Positions 12,640 to 25,820 of a stretch of DNA of 64,000 nt are shown here, in pieces. The notes beneath the pieces were generated by a model that searched no databases, was not told the DNA's origin, and saw nothing but the letters and a program-made list of their open reading frames with translations. The stretch is taken from NCBI RefSeq assembly GCF_006345805.1, contig NC_043004.1, positions 48,608,001 through 48,672,000 on the forward strand, in the 5' to 3' direction. Position 1 is the first letter of the stretch. Each line of letters starts with the position of its first letter. Made by a program: the position numbers and the translations under genes. Source of the stretch: Octopus sinensis (taxonomy: Eukaryota).

Positions 12640-13075
12640 CCCACCTCCTGCCCTCTTTCTCACCTCCTGCCCTCTTTCTTACCTCCTGCTCTCTCTCACT
12701 TCCTGCCCTCTCTCCCTCTCCTGCTATCCCTCCATCTCCTGCCTTCTCTCCCTTTCCTACCCTCTCTCCTTCCTCTGCCTTCTCTCCTCCTCCTGCCCTC
12801 TCTACTCCTGCCCTCTCTACTCCTGCCCTCTCTACTCCTGCCCTCTCTACTCCTGCCCTCTCTCCTTCTCATACCCTTTCTCCCTCTCCTGCCTTCTCTC
12901 CCTCTCCTGCTCTCTCTCCCTTTCCTACCCTCTCTCCTTCCTCTGCCTTCTCTCCTCCTCCTGCCCTCTGCCTTCTCTCCTCCTCCTGCCCTCTCTCCTT
13001 CTCATACCCTTTCTCCCTCTCCTGCCCTCTCTCCCTCTCCTGTCCCCTCCCTCTTCTTCCTACCCCATCTCTCTA
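12640..13075. repeat. CT-rich degenerate minisatellite (ctcctgccctctcta-type units)
   Basis: Direct reading; source of the Pro/Leu/Ser-rich ORFs in the track. Confidence 0.9.
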
Positions 13076-13897
13076 TTAATGTATTTTAATTCTTCTCTTT
13101 GTCCTTTCCTTCCACAGTGTTCACATTTGTTGTGGTAGTGGTGGTCGTGGTGAGGGTGATGCAAATGATGATGATGTTGTTGGTGGCTGTAATGATGAGG
13201 ACAATGATCAGGTTCTTGCTGTTGTTGTTTAGCCCCGAGTCAGCACTAACTGAGTACACCTATATTCAAAGGCATTCCAACAATGACCATCCCATCATAA
13301 TTGGAGTACATAATTGGATTACATTATCCACTGTGTTCATTCCTTCCTCAAAACAGCAGGGCATGATTTGTCACAGATTTGCTTGTTATTTCTGGCAGGT
13401 CAAGTAACTACATAAAGGCTGCTTTGTTAGTTCATTGATGATGAATGTGTGAATGAGCCAAAACTAGTGATAATCCACTTTAATCCATACACGCCATTCT
13501 ACCAAACTTATCCCTTCCTTCTCTCATATCTATTATTAATATTAGGAAGACTAACAGGTCAGTTGTGGTTATGAGATATTACACCATGTGGAAAATGATA
13601 ACTGCTTTCTTATATTTATGGCAATAGTGGTAGTAGTGGTAGTGATGGTGGTGTTGGCAGCAGTGGTGATGGTGGCAGCAGCCGTAGTTCTTGACCTTTC
13701 TGGTTTGCCAGATTCTTGAGGTGAACTCATATGTTAAAACAGTTTTTGTTCTATCTTAGGAGGGTCATTACACCAATAATAAACACATGCACTGGCTCAG
13801 TTTCACTTCTTTATTATTCATTATTCATCAATAGGTTCGTCATTTGACCAACTAACTAATCAATTGTTTGGTTAATCATTCAGTTAATCAATTAATC

Positions 13898-14230
13898 AGT
13901 GGTTAGAGCATCAGGCTCACAATTACGAAGTAGTGAGTGTGATTTCCCGACCGGGCTGTGTGTAGTGTTCTTGAGCAAGTCACTTTATTTCATGTTGCTC
14001 CAATTCACTTGGCTGTAGAAATAAGTTGTTATGTCATTGGTGCTGAGCTGTGTCAGCCTTTGCCTTTCTCTTGTATAACATCAGTGGCATGGAGAAGAGA
14101 GGCTGGTATGCATGGGCAGTTGCTGGTCTTCCATAAGCAATAAGTACATTGCCTGTACTTGTGTGTTGGAGAGGAACTTTCTAGGTGCAATCTGATGGTC
14201 ATTCATGACCGAAGGATTTCTTTACCCTTT
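13898..14230 (+). mobile_element. tRNA-derived SINE family D
   Basis: cagtggttagagc head, gttcttgagcaagtcactttatttc body, ctttaccctt tail; paralogs at 62797 and 63568. Confidence 0.85.
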
Positions 14231-14278
14231 AATCCATTAATCAGTTGTATTTGCCAAAATCTTTTCATTACTGTTAAC

Positions 14279-14872
14279 AACCTCTTCGATGACATACCCT
14301 CTCTATTCCATGTCAGCTTCAGACCTGAATAATAATAAAGAAGTGAAATTGAATCAATGTGTGTATTTATTATTGGTTTAATGATCCTCCCAAAATACTT
14401 TAAAAATATACATTATTTACGTTATTTACATTTGTTGGATATTTGTCCACATCTTGTTTGTATCTTTCTCTTGGACTCATTAGCACTGTAGATAAAGAAG
14501 GAAATAAACCTAAAATGTTTAACTCTGTTATCTTACATTATTTACAATATTTACATTTGACGGATATTTGTTCTCAACCTCTTCGATGACATACCCTCTC
14601 TATTCCATGTCAGCTTCAGACCTGAATAATAATAAAGAAGTGAAATTGAATCAATGTGTGTGTTTATTATTGGTTTAATGATCCTCCCAAAATACTTTAA
14701 AAATATACATTATTTACGTTATTTACATTTGTTGGATATTTGTCCACATCTTGTTTGTATCTTTCTCTTGGACTCATTAGCACTGTAGATAAAGAAGGAA
14801 ATAAACCTAAAATGTTTAACTCTGTTATCTTACATTATTTACAATATTTACATTTGACGGATATTTGTTCTC
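14279..14872 (+). repeat. Near-perfect 297-bp tandem duplication
   Basis: Units 14279-14575 and 14576-14872; one difference seen (gtgtgtattt vs gtgtgtgttt). Confidence 0.95.
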
Positions 14873-14990
14873 ATCTTGTTTATTGTTAACACAACATTTC
14901 GGCTGATATACCCTCCAGACTTCATCAGGTGTCTTGGGGAAATTTTGAACCTGGGTTCTCGCTCCTAAGGTATTTTACGATGTTATTATT
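14830..14990 (-). mobile_element. PLE-like pLTR fragment carrying a hammerhead motif
   Basis: Hammerhead at 14888-14933; the same downstream sequence recurs without the core near 14410-14460 and 14705-14760. Confidence 0.6.
14888..14933 (-). ncRNA. Minimal type I hammerhead motif (C3-G8), two substitutions
   Basis: GACAC CUGAUGA A GUCUG gaggguauau CAGCC GAAA UG U U|GUGUU; 5-bp stem I; stem II has one mismatch; stem III AAUGUU looks like a decayed AACGUU. Confidence 0.7.
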
Positions 14991-15127
14991 ATTATTATTA
15001 TTATTATATAATTCATGTGTGTGTGTGTGTGTGTGTCCATGTGTGTATGTACATGCATTATATATGAATGTGTGTTTGTCACTGTCTCCTTGCCTTGTCA
15101 TCATGTGATTGTTGTAAATAAATGTCA

Positions 15128-15335
15128 CTGACATGCAAGCACTGTCCTTTGTTCCCAGTCTTTCATGTAAATATGTCTGGTCATGGGGAAATTACGTTTA
15201 CTTTGAAACCGGTGAGGGTTAGTGACAAGAAGGACATCCAGCTGTAGAAAACCCACCTCAACAAAACTCTGTCCAACACATGTGATCATGGAAAAGTGGA
15301 TGCTAAACTGATAGAGATGGTGATGATAATGATCC
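15128..15335 (+). mobile_element. Family C retroposon variant
   Basis: gaaggacatccagctgtagaaa...ggaaaagtggatgctaaa followed by a (GAT)-like tail. Confidence 0.65.
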
Positions 15336-15654
15336 ATAATGTTTGATTAGAAGTGAAATATTTTAATGTGAGACTTATTGACCTAACTGGTCACAAGTTT
15401 TGATCTGCTGCAAGCCTGTTGATGTGTTTCCTGGAAGTACACGTTGCAAATATCTAGTATGCTATAAAGCTTCCAGCTGATATTGCAATTTATGGTCTGC
15501 GGGTCAATCTTGCACAGTTACTATGATGTAGCTTACTAAATAAATGTTACTTTCATGGTGGCACTTGTAGAAAAAAATCTCAGTTTACCCAAATCTAAGC
15601 AAAATTTTTAGCTTCCATGCTAACCTAAAACACCCATCCCAGTATGTATTAATT

Positions 15655-16420
15655 CATTTTTAATGGTTGAACTTGAAGTAGATGCAGCTATAAATTATGA
15701 TGGTTAGTCTACATTACTCTGTAAGGAGACTAAGGCTGGTTACACAGTTTTTTTTTTGGCATATATATTCCTGGATGGGATGCCAGTCTGTCGCAGGATT
15801 ACTCATTTTCACCAGCTGGAGCAATGTGAAACAAAGTGTTCCACTCAAGAACATTATGCAATGCCCAGTCTGGAAATCAAAACCACAATCTTCTGGTCAT
15901 GAGTACATCTCCCTAACCAGTAAGCCATGTGCCTCCATGATAGTATGTAAATAATGGGTTAAAAAAACCTTTTTATATAGAAACAAATTGCAGGCTGTTC
16001 ATGGGACTGGAACCCAAATCTTCTGTAAATATGACTGATGTTCTACCATTAGACCAAATCAATCTTTCAAATTACTCTATCCATTTTAAAAGTGTTGTTC
16101 TTACCAGCAAGAATTGTTTGGTATTTACATTATAAGAACTTAGAAATTTCGACAGCATGTAATATAATTATTTTTTAATGGTTGAACTCAAAGTAGACAA
16201 GTTTATAAATAAAAGCAAGTTGGGTTAAAAAGTGTTTCGGATAGAAAATGTCTACAGCTGTCTGTTAGACTCAAACCCACCTTTTCTGTAAACACAACAG
16301 ATGTTCTGCCTTTGAATTAAAGCAGACCTTCCAATTTCTCTGCCCAGAGAACATGAAATAATTCTTTTTTTTTTTTTTAATGGTTGAACTCAAAGTAGAT
16401 AAAACTAAAAATAATAGCAT
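15655..16420 (-). pseudogene. Decayed tandem array with tRNA-like cores
   Basis: Marker ttttaatggttgaactc/tgaagtaga at about 15657, 16172 and 16375; tRNA-like segments at about 15992-16062 and 16257-16328; the first unit is interrupted by a family D SINE at 15720-15945. Confidence 0.45.
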
Positions 16421-17234
16421 ATAATTATGCCTGTATGTGTTTTTCTAGGCAAGTTTGATAATTTTTACAAATTATTTAAATAAAAGATTTGAGATATTCT
16501 ACAAGTGCCATCATGAAAGCAACATTTATTTAGTAAACTATATCAGAGACAGAGTATCTGTGCCTGACTGACTCACTGACTGTAATTTGCAATATTAGCC
16601 AGAAGTTTTATAACACACTACATATTTACAACATGCACTTCTCGGAAACTGCATTAAGTATCATGTATGGCAGTTTTTTGTATTTTTATACTATTCAATA
16701 TTTTTCATCCTGATTCCACTTAATATTTATAACTTTTCTCCCTTGTCTATTATTTTATGTTAGTGTATATAAAATCACTAACCATATCCTATACATTCAT
16801 GCATACACAACCAATCAGTCACTAACTCCTGAACGAACGAATGAAGTTTGATCTTAAGTTTATTACACTGAACAACAGTGATGTAACGATAACATTTTAT
16901 TTACTTCGTTACAGAGAATCTTATGAAGATTGCTTTTGATTTTGCATTTTATCATGTCTCCAGACAAGAGAGATGCTATTTGTTGCTGTGTTAGAAGTCT
17001 CCTCTATCTTGTATAAATTCTTTACTATTATTATATCAGGGGTGTTTCTTTTAATATAATTAATGTTTACTGTATAATTTATACTAAGAACTCTTGTTTG
17101 TGATAGTGCTTTGTTTATAATACAAACATGGGTGATTCTTGTGTGACATACATGACAGTCAGAGACACAGATTATGAAATGTCTAAGCTGTAAATCTTGA
17201 ACTGTTACAAGAATTCTATTGATTCATTTTTCAC

Positions 17235-17400
17235 AGGTGCAGGAGTGGCTGTGTGGTAAGTAGCTTGCTTACCAACCACATGGTTCCAGGTTCAGTCCCA
17301 CTGTGTGGCACCTTGGGCAAGTGTCTTCGACTATAGCCTCAGGCCGACCAAAGCCTTGTGAGTGGATTTGGTAGATGGAAACTGAAAGAAGCCCGTCTTA

Positions 17401-17451
<51 letters not shown>

Positions 17452-17670
17452 ATATGTGTTTGTGTGTTTGTCCCTACAACATTGCTTGACAACCGATGCT
17501 GGTGTGTTTACTTCTCCGTAACTTAGCAGTTCGGCAAAAGAGACCAATAGAGTACTAGGCTTCCAAAGAATAAGTCCTGGAGTCGATTTGCTCGACTAAA
17601 GGCGGTGCTCCAGCATAGCCACAGTCACATGACTGAAACAAGTAAAAGAGTAATAGAGTAAAGAGTAAAA
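17235..17670 (+). mobile_element. SINE family A, full length
   Basis: aggtgcaggagtggctgtgtggtaag head through gactgaaacaagtaaaagag tail; internal (TA)n(TG)n. Confidence 0.95.
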
Positions 17671-17789
17671 ATTTGATTACCCTCCCAAGTATTAAACAAA
17701 ATAGTTTCTATTTGGAATCTTTATTGAAATTTTTGAAGAGGATCATGCTGGTGCCACATCATGCCAGTACCATGTAAACAGCACTCTTG

Positions 17790-18005
17790 CTGATGCCATA
17801 TAAAAGTGCTTGTATGGTTGCCAAGTAAAAGCACCCAGCACACTCAGTAAAGTGGTTGGCATTAGGAAGGACATCCAGCCATAGAAACCAAGCCAAATTC
17901 AGACTGGAGCCTGGTGCATCTCTCCAGCTTGCCAGCTCTGGACAAACTGTTCAACCCATGTCAGCATGGACAACAGACACTAAATGATATCGATGATGAT
18001 GATCC
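17790..18005 (+). mobile_element. Family C retroposon
   Basis: gtggttggcattaggaaggacatccagc...taaatgatatcgatgatgat. Confidence 0.8.
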
Positions 18006-18423
18006 AAAAAGTGACGTGTGTGATATTGCACAAAAAAAATTTTTATTTTCACCTGAAAATATTAACTGCTAATTCCTCTGAATTTCTCCAAAGCAGTATA
18101 AAAAGCTTCATGGTATGTTTTTACCTTGCCCTTGAAATTTCAAAAAATGCTAATGAGGTTGCTGGACAACTATGTCTGTGGGTCACAGCACTCATTTACC
18201 TGATGTGACGTGTGGGACAAAAATGGATGTGATATTTTCAAGACAAATGCTTTTTTTATCTTCTACATAGCTTGGATCTTAAGATCTACACTATTTCAAT
18301 ATACCATTGCAGGTATACAGTGATTTTTTGAGTATACTAATATTTTTTGAAGACCTGTTTTGGTTTAAATTTCATGAGAATGGCCCACTCAATAGTCTAA
18401 TAGTAATAATAGTACTAATTAAT

Positions 18424-18527
18424 TCTTTTATTAGCCACAAGGACTTACATTAAAACAACATTAAATGACATGACACAAACATAAACTACAATACAAGACG
18501 AGACAAAGGGTTTTCAGCATGTAAACA

Positions 18528-18558
<31 letters not shown>

Positions 18559-19385
18559 TGCATATATATAAAACAATAAAAAATTAAATAAAATAAAAAC
18601 TCCCAAAAGGGGAAGCGCTTTAAAGGTCCTCATGGAAAAACCCACAAAATCCAGAGGTTCCTGATCAACAGGACAAGAGCCCTTCTCCTTTAATTTCGTT
18701 TTTTACAGGTGTATACTCAGAATTGGTCCTTTCACACTGGCCATTCTTCCAACATTCATCCACCTTTCAACAAACCTACAAGAAGGCAACACTTCTGTCT
18801 CCACCCTCAACTTCCTTTTCAAGTGAAACTTGAAAAAGTTGATGAAGGCTTGACCAAAGAGGAAATTGTCTGGCTTTAGCCCTTTCAGACGGGTTCACCA
18901 TACTAGCTACAGCCACCAGACAAATAAAAACTGCCTGTTCCTCCTGACCAAAGGAGGTTAGCAGGGCAATTCTCACTATTGATTCACCTGATAGCTGGAT
19001 CTGTCTACACATGACAGCAAGTGTTTGACATAAACCCACAGGTCAGCAATACTTGGGCACTGGACAATGGCATGCAGAACGTTTTCATCGTTCTATGTGT
19101 ACCTTGCATAGGCCCAGTTGATGGCATTTCCATGCCTGTAAATTTTATCTTAAACAGGCAGCACCCCTTGGTAGCACTGCCAGGCAAAGGATTTCTGGAA
19201 GTTTTCCATAGGCCCAAGCCCAAAAGTTGTCCAAAACAGATCGGTTAGTTGATCCTCACTGATGCCCAGAATTTCCTCGAGAATGTTGTCAAACTTTCCC
19301 TCTGCTAGCCCTGTATAGAATGCTAGAGTGGAACTAACTCTGACTGCATTGCCTGCCTGGAAGAGAGTTAAGGTTAGTACTATTG
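18424..19385 (-). mobile_element. Tx1/L1-clade LINE 3' end
   Basis: Minus-strand frames give FQKSFAWQCYQGVLPV*DKIYRHG...NVLHAIVQCPSIADLW (zf-RVT-like CCHC region, frameshifted), then a 3' UTR ending in AATAAAA near 18426. Confidence 0.75.
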
Positions 19386-21378
19386 AAAGACTGACCAGCT
19401 GCAAAGATATCAACAAATTTTTTCTTCTTTCTCTCCTTCTTCTTCTTTTCTTTCTCTTTTTCTTTAACACTTCTTTCAGATACAAACACACACACATACA
19501 CACATACATACATACACGCACACTCACACACACACACATGCACTCTCTCTTTCACTCTCTCCCCATCCTTCATCCTCTTGTACTATCTTATATCTCTCCC
19601 CACACCTACACACTCAATAATACTATAAAAAGAGACAAAATTCCTGCAAAAGTTCAATTTGAAAACTCCACCAGAGTGGACAAAAGTGCTAATATATGAT
19701 ATATGATTTATAAAAACATGTAACATACTAATAAATATCTGTAAATATAAAACCATCCAGATTTCTGAGTACCTCAATTCTTCTAATACACACATGCACT
19801 TATGCATATATGTGTGTGTGTATGTATGCATATGTGAGTGAATGAGTTGAGATGGCACCAATTCATATTTTCAAAAAACAACTTGTTACTGTTATACCTT
19901 TGGAGATCTTGTGAAGTGAAATATATAACTATTATTTGTCTCTAACGGTCTATCTCGGTGAAGTGTAGCTGATATGATTGTGATATGTCCTATGTACAGC
20001 ATGTTCCTCTCAAATGTTTCAACATTAAGTGGAATCTAACTATAGTAGAAACATTTTGATACATCAATAGATCCAACTTCTTTCAAAACAGACCAGAACT
20101 TCATCTACTTAAAGACTAATTCCAATTACAAGGTCTCAGCTTTTAAGTTTACTGGCATTATCTGCCATAATGTCTCTAAAACATTATTCTAAGACATAGT
20201 TTTGTCTGTAAAGTAGAATATTTAAACAACAACAACAAAAATCCAATATTGTGGTTTAATTTCATTTTCCTTTGTATGTTTAGTTCTCATGCTTGCATGG
20301 CTAAGACTTGGTTAGTTTATTTAAAACCAAGTTGACAACTTGAGAGACGTATCTAGTAAAGAAAAAAAAAAAAGGTTCGCTTTTGTTTTCATGCATGGAA
20401 GGAATTGAAATATTACTGAGAAATATTTCTCAGAAAATATTTTGGTTGAAAAACTTCTAATCATTATAGTAATGTCTACACAAAAATGTCTCTTCTAAGA
20501 GAGCCATTGCTATATTTTAGTGTCTTCCAGCTTCCCAGTGGACTTTTTATTAACGTGCAAAGATTGTTTTCTGCCACAGTATTATTGGAAAAGTAAAATT
20601 CTTTCTCAAGATTTATGGCATCTGGGAAGTTGTTTTCGGTTGCGTAGACTTTCTATCGAACAGACTCTTCTGAAGGCATTCAAGTGACTGTAATTCAGCC
20701 ACCATGGCTACCAACAACAACTTTAACCTTTAGAAATGATCAATATAAACTACAACTACATATTTTAATAACAAGGTAGGTTGTTTTTTTCTCCACCATA
20801 ACCTTTCTCTTTTCTTAATTTTTTTTTTTTTTTCACAATTTTCCCACACTTAACAGATTTATTCTTTTTTTAATCTGCTTCATTTTTCTTTTCTTATCTG
20901 AAATATCAGGACATTTTTCATTCTTCATTTCAAGAGAGTTCTATCCACCATGTTTACCTAGTTTAATCACTTCGATTTGCTAGTTTTACTGGAAAATATT
21001 TGGTATTCACTTTTTCTTTGTGGAAGCTGGTTACTTAGTCTGCTTTGGTATACTTTGTAATATTACTAAATTTTGTTTTAAATGCATCTCTTTTTTTCTT
21101 TGTGTTATGTGTTTTTATCAAATTTAATCATGTAACAATTTAAAATTCTACCTGAATTCCTAACAAACATAACTTATTATTTACTATATGAAAAGACATT
21201 CACATTTCTTCTCTCTCAAAAAAATTTCCCCGTTTGTAAAGTTTCTTTCTGAAAACAAGACTTAGTGCCTGCAGTATAATTCCCACACTAAAACAATATA
21301 TATATATCTTTAACAATACAATTATCTCCCTCATATCATCATTACTAGTGTTGTTATATGTATTACATATATACATAT

Positions 21379-21597
21379 CCGTCTGCCAGCCTCGTCTGGC
21401 ACCTGTGTCGGTGGCACATAAAATCACCCACTACACTCTCGGAGTGGTTGGCGTTAGGAAGGGCATCCAGCTGTAGAAACACTGCCAGATCTGACTGGCC
21501 TGGTGCAGCCTTCGGGCTTGCCAGACCCCAGTTGAACCGTCCAACCCATGCTAGCATGGAAAGCGGACGTTAAACGATGATGATGATGATGATGATG

Positions 21598-21598
<1 letters not shown>
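21379..21598 (+). mobile_element. Family C retroposon, 5'-truncated, young
   Basis: Begins mid 62-bp unit and ends ggacgttaaacgatgatgatg; nearly identical to 36330-36545. Confidence 0.9.
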
Positions 21599-21629
<31 letters not shown>

Positions 21630-21646
21630 GTATGTATGTATGTATT

Positions 21647-22040
21647 AGGTGCAGGTATGGATGTGTGGTAAGAAGCTTGCTTCTCGACCACATGGTCCTG
21701 GGTTCAGTCCCACTGTGTGACACCATGGGGAAGTAACTTCTGCTATTACCTCAGGCTGACCAAAGCCTCGGGAGTAGATTTAGTAGATAGAAACTGAAAG
21801 AAGACCGTTGTATATATATGTATGTATCTATGTGTGTGTGTCTTTGTATCTATGTTTATCCCCCATCATCACTTAACAACTTGTGCTGGTGTGTTTGCAT
21901 CACCTTGACTTAGCAGTTCAGCAAGGGAGACTGATAGAATAGGCACTAGCATAAGAAATGAGTTTTGGGTTGATTTGTTCGACTAGATCCTCTCAAAGCG
22001 GTGCTCCAGCATGGCCGAGTCAAATGACTGAAGCAAGAAT
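21647..22040 (+). mobile_element. SINE family A, diverged
   Basis: Head, internal microsatellite and tail all recognisable. Confidence 0.85.
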
Positions 22041-22043
22041 ATA

Positions 22044-22086
<43 letters not shown>

Positions 22087-23414
22087 CCTTGTCATAATAG
22101 ACTCAGACTTTGATACTCTTAATTTTGAAGGGTTCTAATACATGAATCTTTCATGGATTCTTTTTGTACTTTCTCCCTTTATATTTGTAATTCATTGGAA
22201 CTTATCAAGTCACACACACATATTTCTCACCATCATCAGTATTTAATGTCCGTTTCCCATTCCAGTATGGGTTGGATGATTCGAGAGGGGCTGACAAGCC
22301 AGAGGACTGAGACATGCTCCAATGACTGTTTGGCATGATTTTGACGGCTGGATGTCCTTTCTAATGCCAACCACTTTATATCTTGCACTAGGTGCATTTT
22401 ACATGGCAATGGCACCAGTGAGGTCTAGTGAGGTCACCAAGCAACTTGCAAAACAAGACCCTTCAGCTGTGGGGCTATAGAATTGGGGGAGGTCGCTTTA
22501 TGCATGTGCATTTGTCATCATCATCATTGTTTAACATTGGACAGCTTGACAGTAGGCTGCCAGGTAGGAGCCTGCACCAGACATTTCTGTCTGTTTTGAC
22601 AAGGTTTTTACAGCTGGATGCCCTTCCTAACACCAACAAATTAGGACCATTGGTGTTCTTCACCTGAGTGTGTGTGTGTGTGTTGAGAGAAAGAGAGGTA
22701 TGTCTTATTCACCCTTTCCCCTTTATGACTTTTTACTGTCTATTTTTCTGTCATTTTGATTTTATTCTGTGTCTTGTGCTTGCACTTTTGGCTTTCATTA
22801 CTGTGTTTCTTTATTTAATTTATATATCCGCTTTTTGTCCACTCATTTACTTTTTTACAAGCTTATTGTATACACAACTCTTGAGCATTGTATACAATAA
22901 GCTGAATAGTCTGCCAGAATTGTTAGCACACTGATCGAAATGCTTAGTGCCATTTCGTCTGTCTCAATGTTCTAAATTCAAATGCTGCCGTGGTCAACTT
23001 TGCTTTTCTTCCTTATGGGGTCGGTAAAATAAGTACCAGTTTGTTATGATGGGAGTCATGGCGCCCCTTGCAAGAAACAGACTGGACTGAGGGATTATAA
23101 ATTGTAGTGGTCGAAGTGAAGTTTGGGTGTTAGTTTGAATTGAGTTCGCAGTGAAGTCAGAAGGTATCAGTTGGTTAGTTCATTTGGAATATTGATTATT
23201 GGTTCGGGAAGAGATTGTTGGATCATTACATTGTTATTACGGCTGCATCATTATCTTGTTTACTGCTACAACACTGGTCCAGTGTCTCTAAACAATCCGT
23301 CACAATTTCATGGCAGCACCATGACATTGGAGATGGAGGATACAACATCTGGCGACGAGGGTTTCGAAGCTCACATGGATTATTTAGCAATTTGTTTGTG
23401 ATACAACTGGTTAA

Positions 23415-24320
23415 ATGATGGAAGACCTATTAGCTTCTATAATACAGTTGCAGAAGCAACAATAAGAACAGCAACAGGAGTTGCAGAAGCAACTAGTACA
23501 GCAACAACTACAACAACAATTACTGGAGCTATGCACAAAGAAGTCTGAAAATGCGGTAAGTTCATTTTCATCAGACGGCATATTAAACTCCATAACAGAA
23601 TTCAGTTATAATCCAGAGGAGGGTATAACTTTTTCAATGTATTACAGAAGGTACGAGAAGATTTTTAAGGAAGATTGCAAAACATGGTCAGATGAAGAAA
23701 AAGTAAATTAGTATTACGTAAATTAGCTCCGCCTGAGCATGAACAATACTGTAATTTCATATTGCCAAAAAGTGTAGTGAAATTTGTTTTCAGGAAACAA
23801 TCAAATTACTGTCTAACATGTTTGGTGATAAAACTTGTCTATTTAACACTCAAATGGAGTGTTGGAATTTAGCTAAAAAGGAGAATGATGACTTTATTAC
23901 GTATCCAGGAACAGTCAACTGAATGTGTGAAAGTTTTAAACTTAAAGAACTTACTCCCAATATGTTTAAGTGCCTCGCTTTTGTACAAGGTCTTACAGCA
24001 AATGAAGATACAGAAGTACAGGCAAGAATTCTTTCAAATCTTGAACAAGCGAACCAAGATTTGACCCTGCAGACTGTTGCAGAAGAGTGTCAAAGATGGT
24101 AAACCTGAAACACAACATAAGAAAAATTCAAGAAAAGGATTTTGCAAAAATACAGATATGTTGATTGAGAAAGTATTACCAAAGAAGATTGCTAGGTCCT
24201 AATCCATGTTATGGATGTGGCAGCCTAGATTTTAGAAAAGATTGTCCTTTTAAAAGTCAAATATGTTACAGTTGTCAAAAATTTGGACACAGGAATTCAC
24301 ACTGCCAAACAAAAGTACGA
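23415..24320 (+). pseudogene. gag: Gypsy gag remnant with two zinc knuckles
   Basis: MMEDLLASIIQLQKQQ..., F.YNPEEGITFSMYYRRYE..F..D...W; CYGCGSLDFRKDC and CYSCQKFGHRNSHC at about 24207-24305; stops and frameshifts. Confidence 0.85.
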
Positions 24321-24384
24321 AGGTCAAATGTAAAAATTTAAAGTACTCTCAGAAGAAAGTAAAATCGACTCCTGAATAAGGAAA

Positions 24385-25820
24385 TTTGTACATGTAAAAG
24401 GAAACGGAATAGATACTAAATTACAACTGGATACTAGTAGTGACATTTCAAGCTTTAATACCAACACACGGAACAAAATAAGGAAAGTTATGTTAAGAAA
24501 AACAGCACATTGCCTGACGGGTGACAAACTACACTTTGTAGGCAAAATGTGGAATGGTAGTATATTTTGAGGAAAAGCTTGCAAGACGAAAGTTTTCATC
24601 ATAAAGAATGCAACCAATCTGTTTGGTACTGACTGGTTGGACTTATTTGACTTATGGGATCTCCCAATAAGCTGGTACTGTAAAAAGTTGAATAGCTGTC
24701 CAACTAGTGAAAAGAACTCAGCAGCTGAATTGAAGAAAAAATTAATTTAAAATGTTATGTGTAATGTTATTCACAAACTGCCAGTGACAGCTCAGGATAA
24801 AAAATGAAATCTGCAGAGGATAATTACATTACAAGAATGAAATAAATGTTGAAAAATAAGTAAAATGAAAATACAAATTCGAATAATTTTTCACTGTGCA
24901 ATGATGTTCTAATGTATGCACAAAGAGTGGTAATACCAACTGCACTACAGAAATAAGTATTGCAGGAATTTCACAGTGGATACCCAAGAATGTTGAGAAT
25001 GAAAGCCTTAAGGAAGAGCTATGTATATTGGCTGATAGAGGACCAGGATGTTGAAAATTGTGTAAAATCAGATAGAGGTTGTGCACTAGCAGCCAAAGCA
25101 CCGCTGGTGAAATGCCAATCATGGCCTGAGATGGATAGTCTGTGGTCCAGGGTACATGTCAACTACAATAGACCAATGAATGGTGCATATTATTTAATCA
25201 TTGTTGATAGCAGTATAAAGTGGCCAGAGGTATGCAGGTGCAATAAACCAACTGCAAAGACAACAATAAAGTTCTTGTATGAATTATTTACTTGATACGG
25301 TGTTCCAGATATGTTGGTATCAGATACTAGAACACATTTCATAAGTAGTGAATTCAAACATTTTTGCAAAATACATGCGATAAAGTATATTATTACCTTG
25401 CCCTAATATGCAAGGTCAAATGGGCAGGTAGAAAGATACATTGATACTTTCAAGTGAGCATTACAAAAAGCAAGGAATGACATAGATAATGATGAAGTGC
25501 TAGTGAAATTCTTGAGGGTATATAGAGTAACATCCAATCTGAATACCAGTTCAGGAAAGTCTCCGGCAGAGTTAATGTCTGTGTGAAAAATAAAATTGAT
25601 CTTCGATTGATTATTGAGAGGAAAGAATACATTTAAAGGAAATATAGAAAAGGTAACAAAACATTTCAAACTAGGAAATAAAGTTCATTTTAAAATTTAC
25701 AAAAATGATAAAGAAGACTGGGATGATGGTTTTGTAACTAAAAGATTAGGTTACATGATGTATGTTATTAAAGGGCACCGTTGAGAGCATAAGAGACACC
25801 TAAACTAATTAAAGACAAGA
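24385..25820 (+). pseudogene. pol: Gypsy pol remnant: protease joined to integrase
   Basis: KLQLDTSSD protease site; then RVVIP...LQEFHSGYPRMLRMKALRKSYVYW, WSRVHVNY, LIIVDSSIKWPEV, YGVPDMLVSD, SNGQVER; no RT motif in between. Confidence 0.85.

Noticed and set aside
12544-13138. Two 181-aa ORFs
   Set aside because: They are translations of (CA)n and CT-rich repeats.
14279-14872. Retrozyme-like multimer
   Set aside because: The repeated unit does not contain the hammerhead; the motif lies outside it.
20416-20433. 18-bp perfect palindrome ctgagaaatatttctcag
   Set aside because: Isolated, AT-rich and without supporting context.
20613-20727. Possible terminal coding exon on the - strand (LKLLLVAMVAELQSLECLQKSLFDRKSTQPKTTSQMP*)
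   Set aside because: Only 37 codons, a modest acceptor, no upstream partner exon and no recognisable homology.
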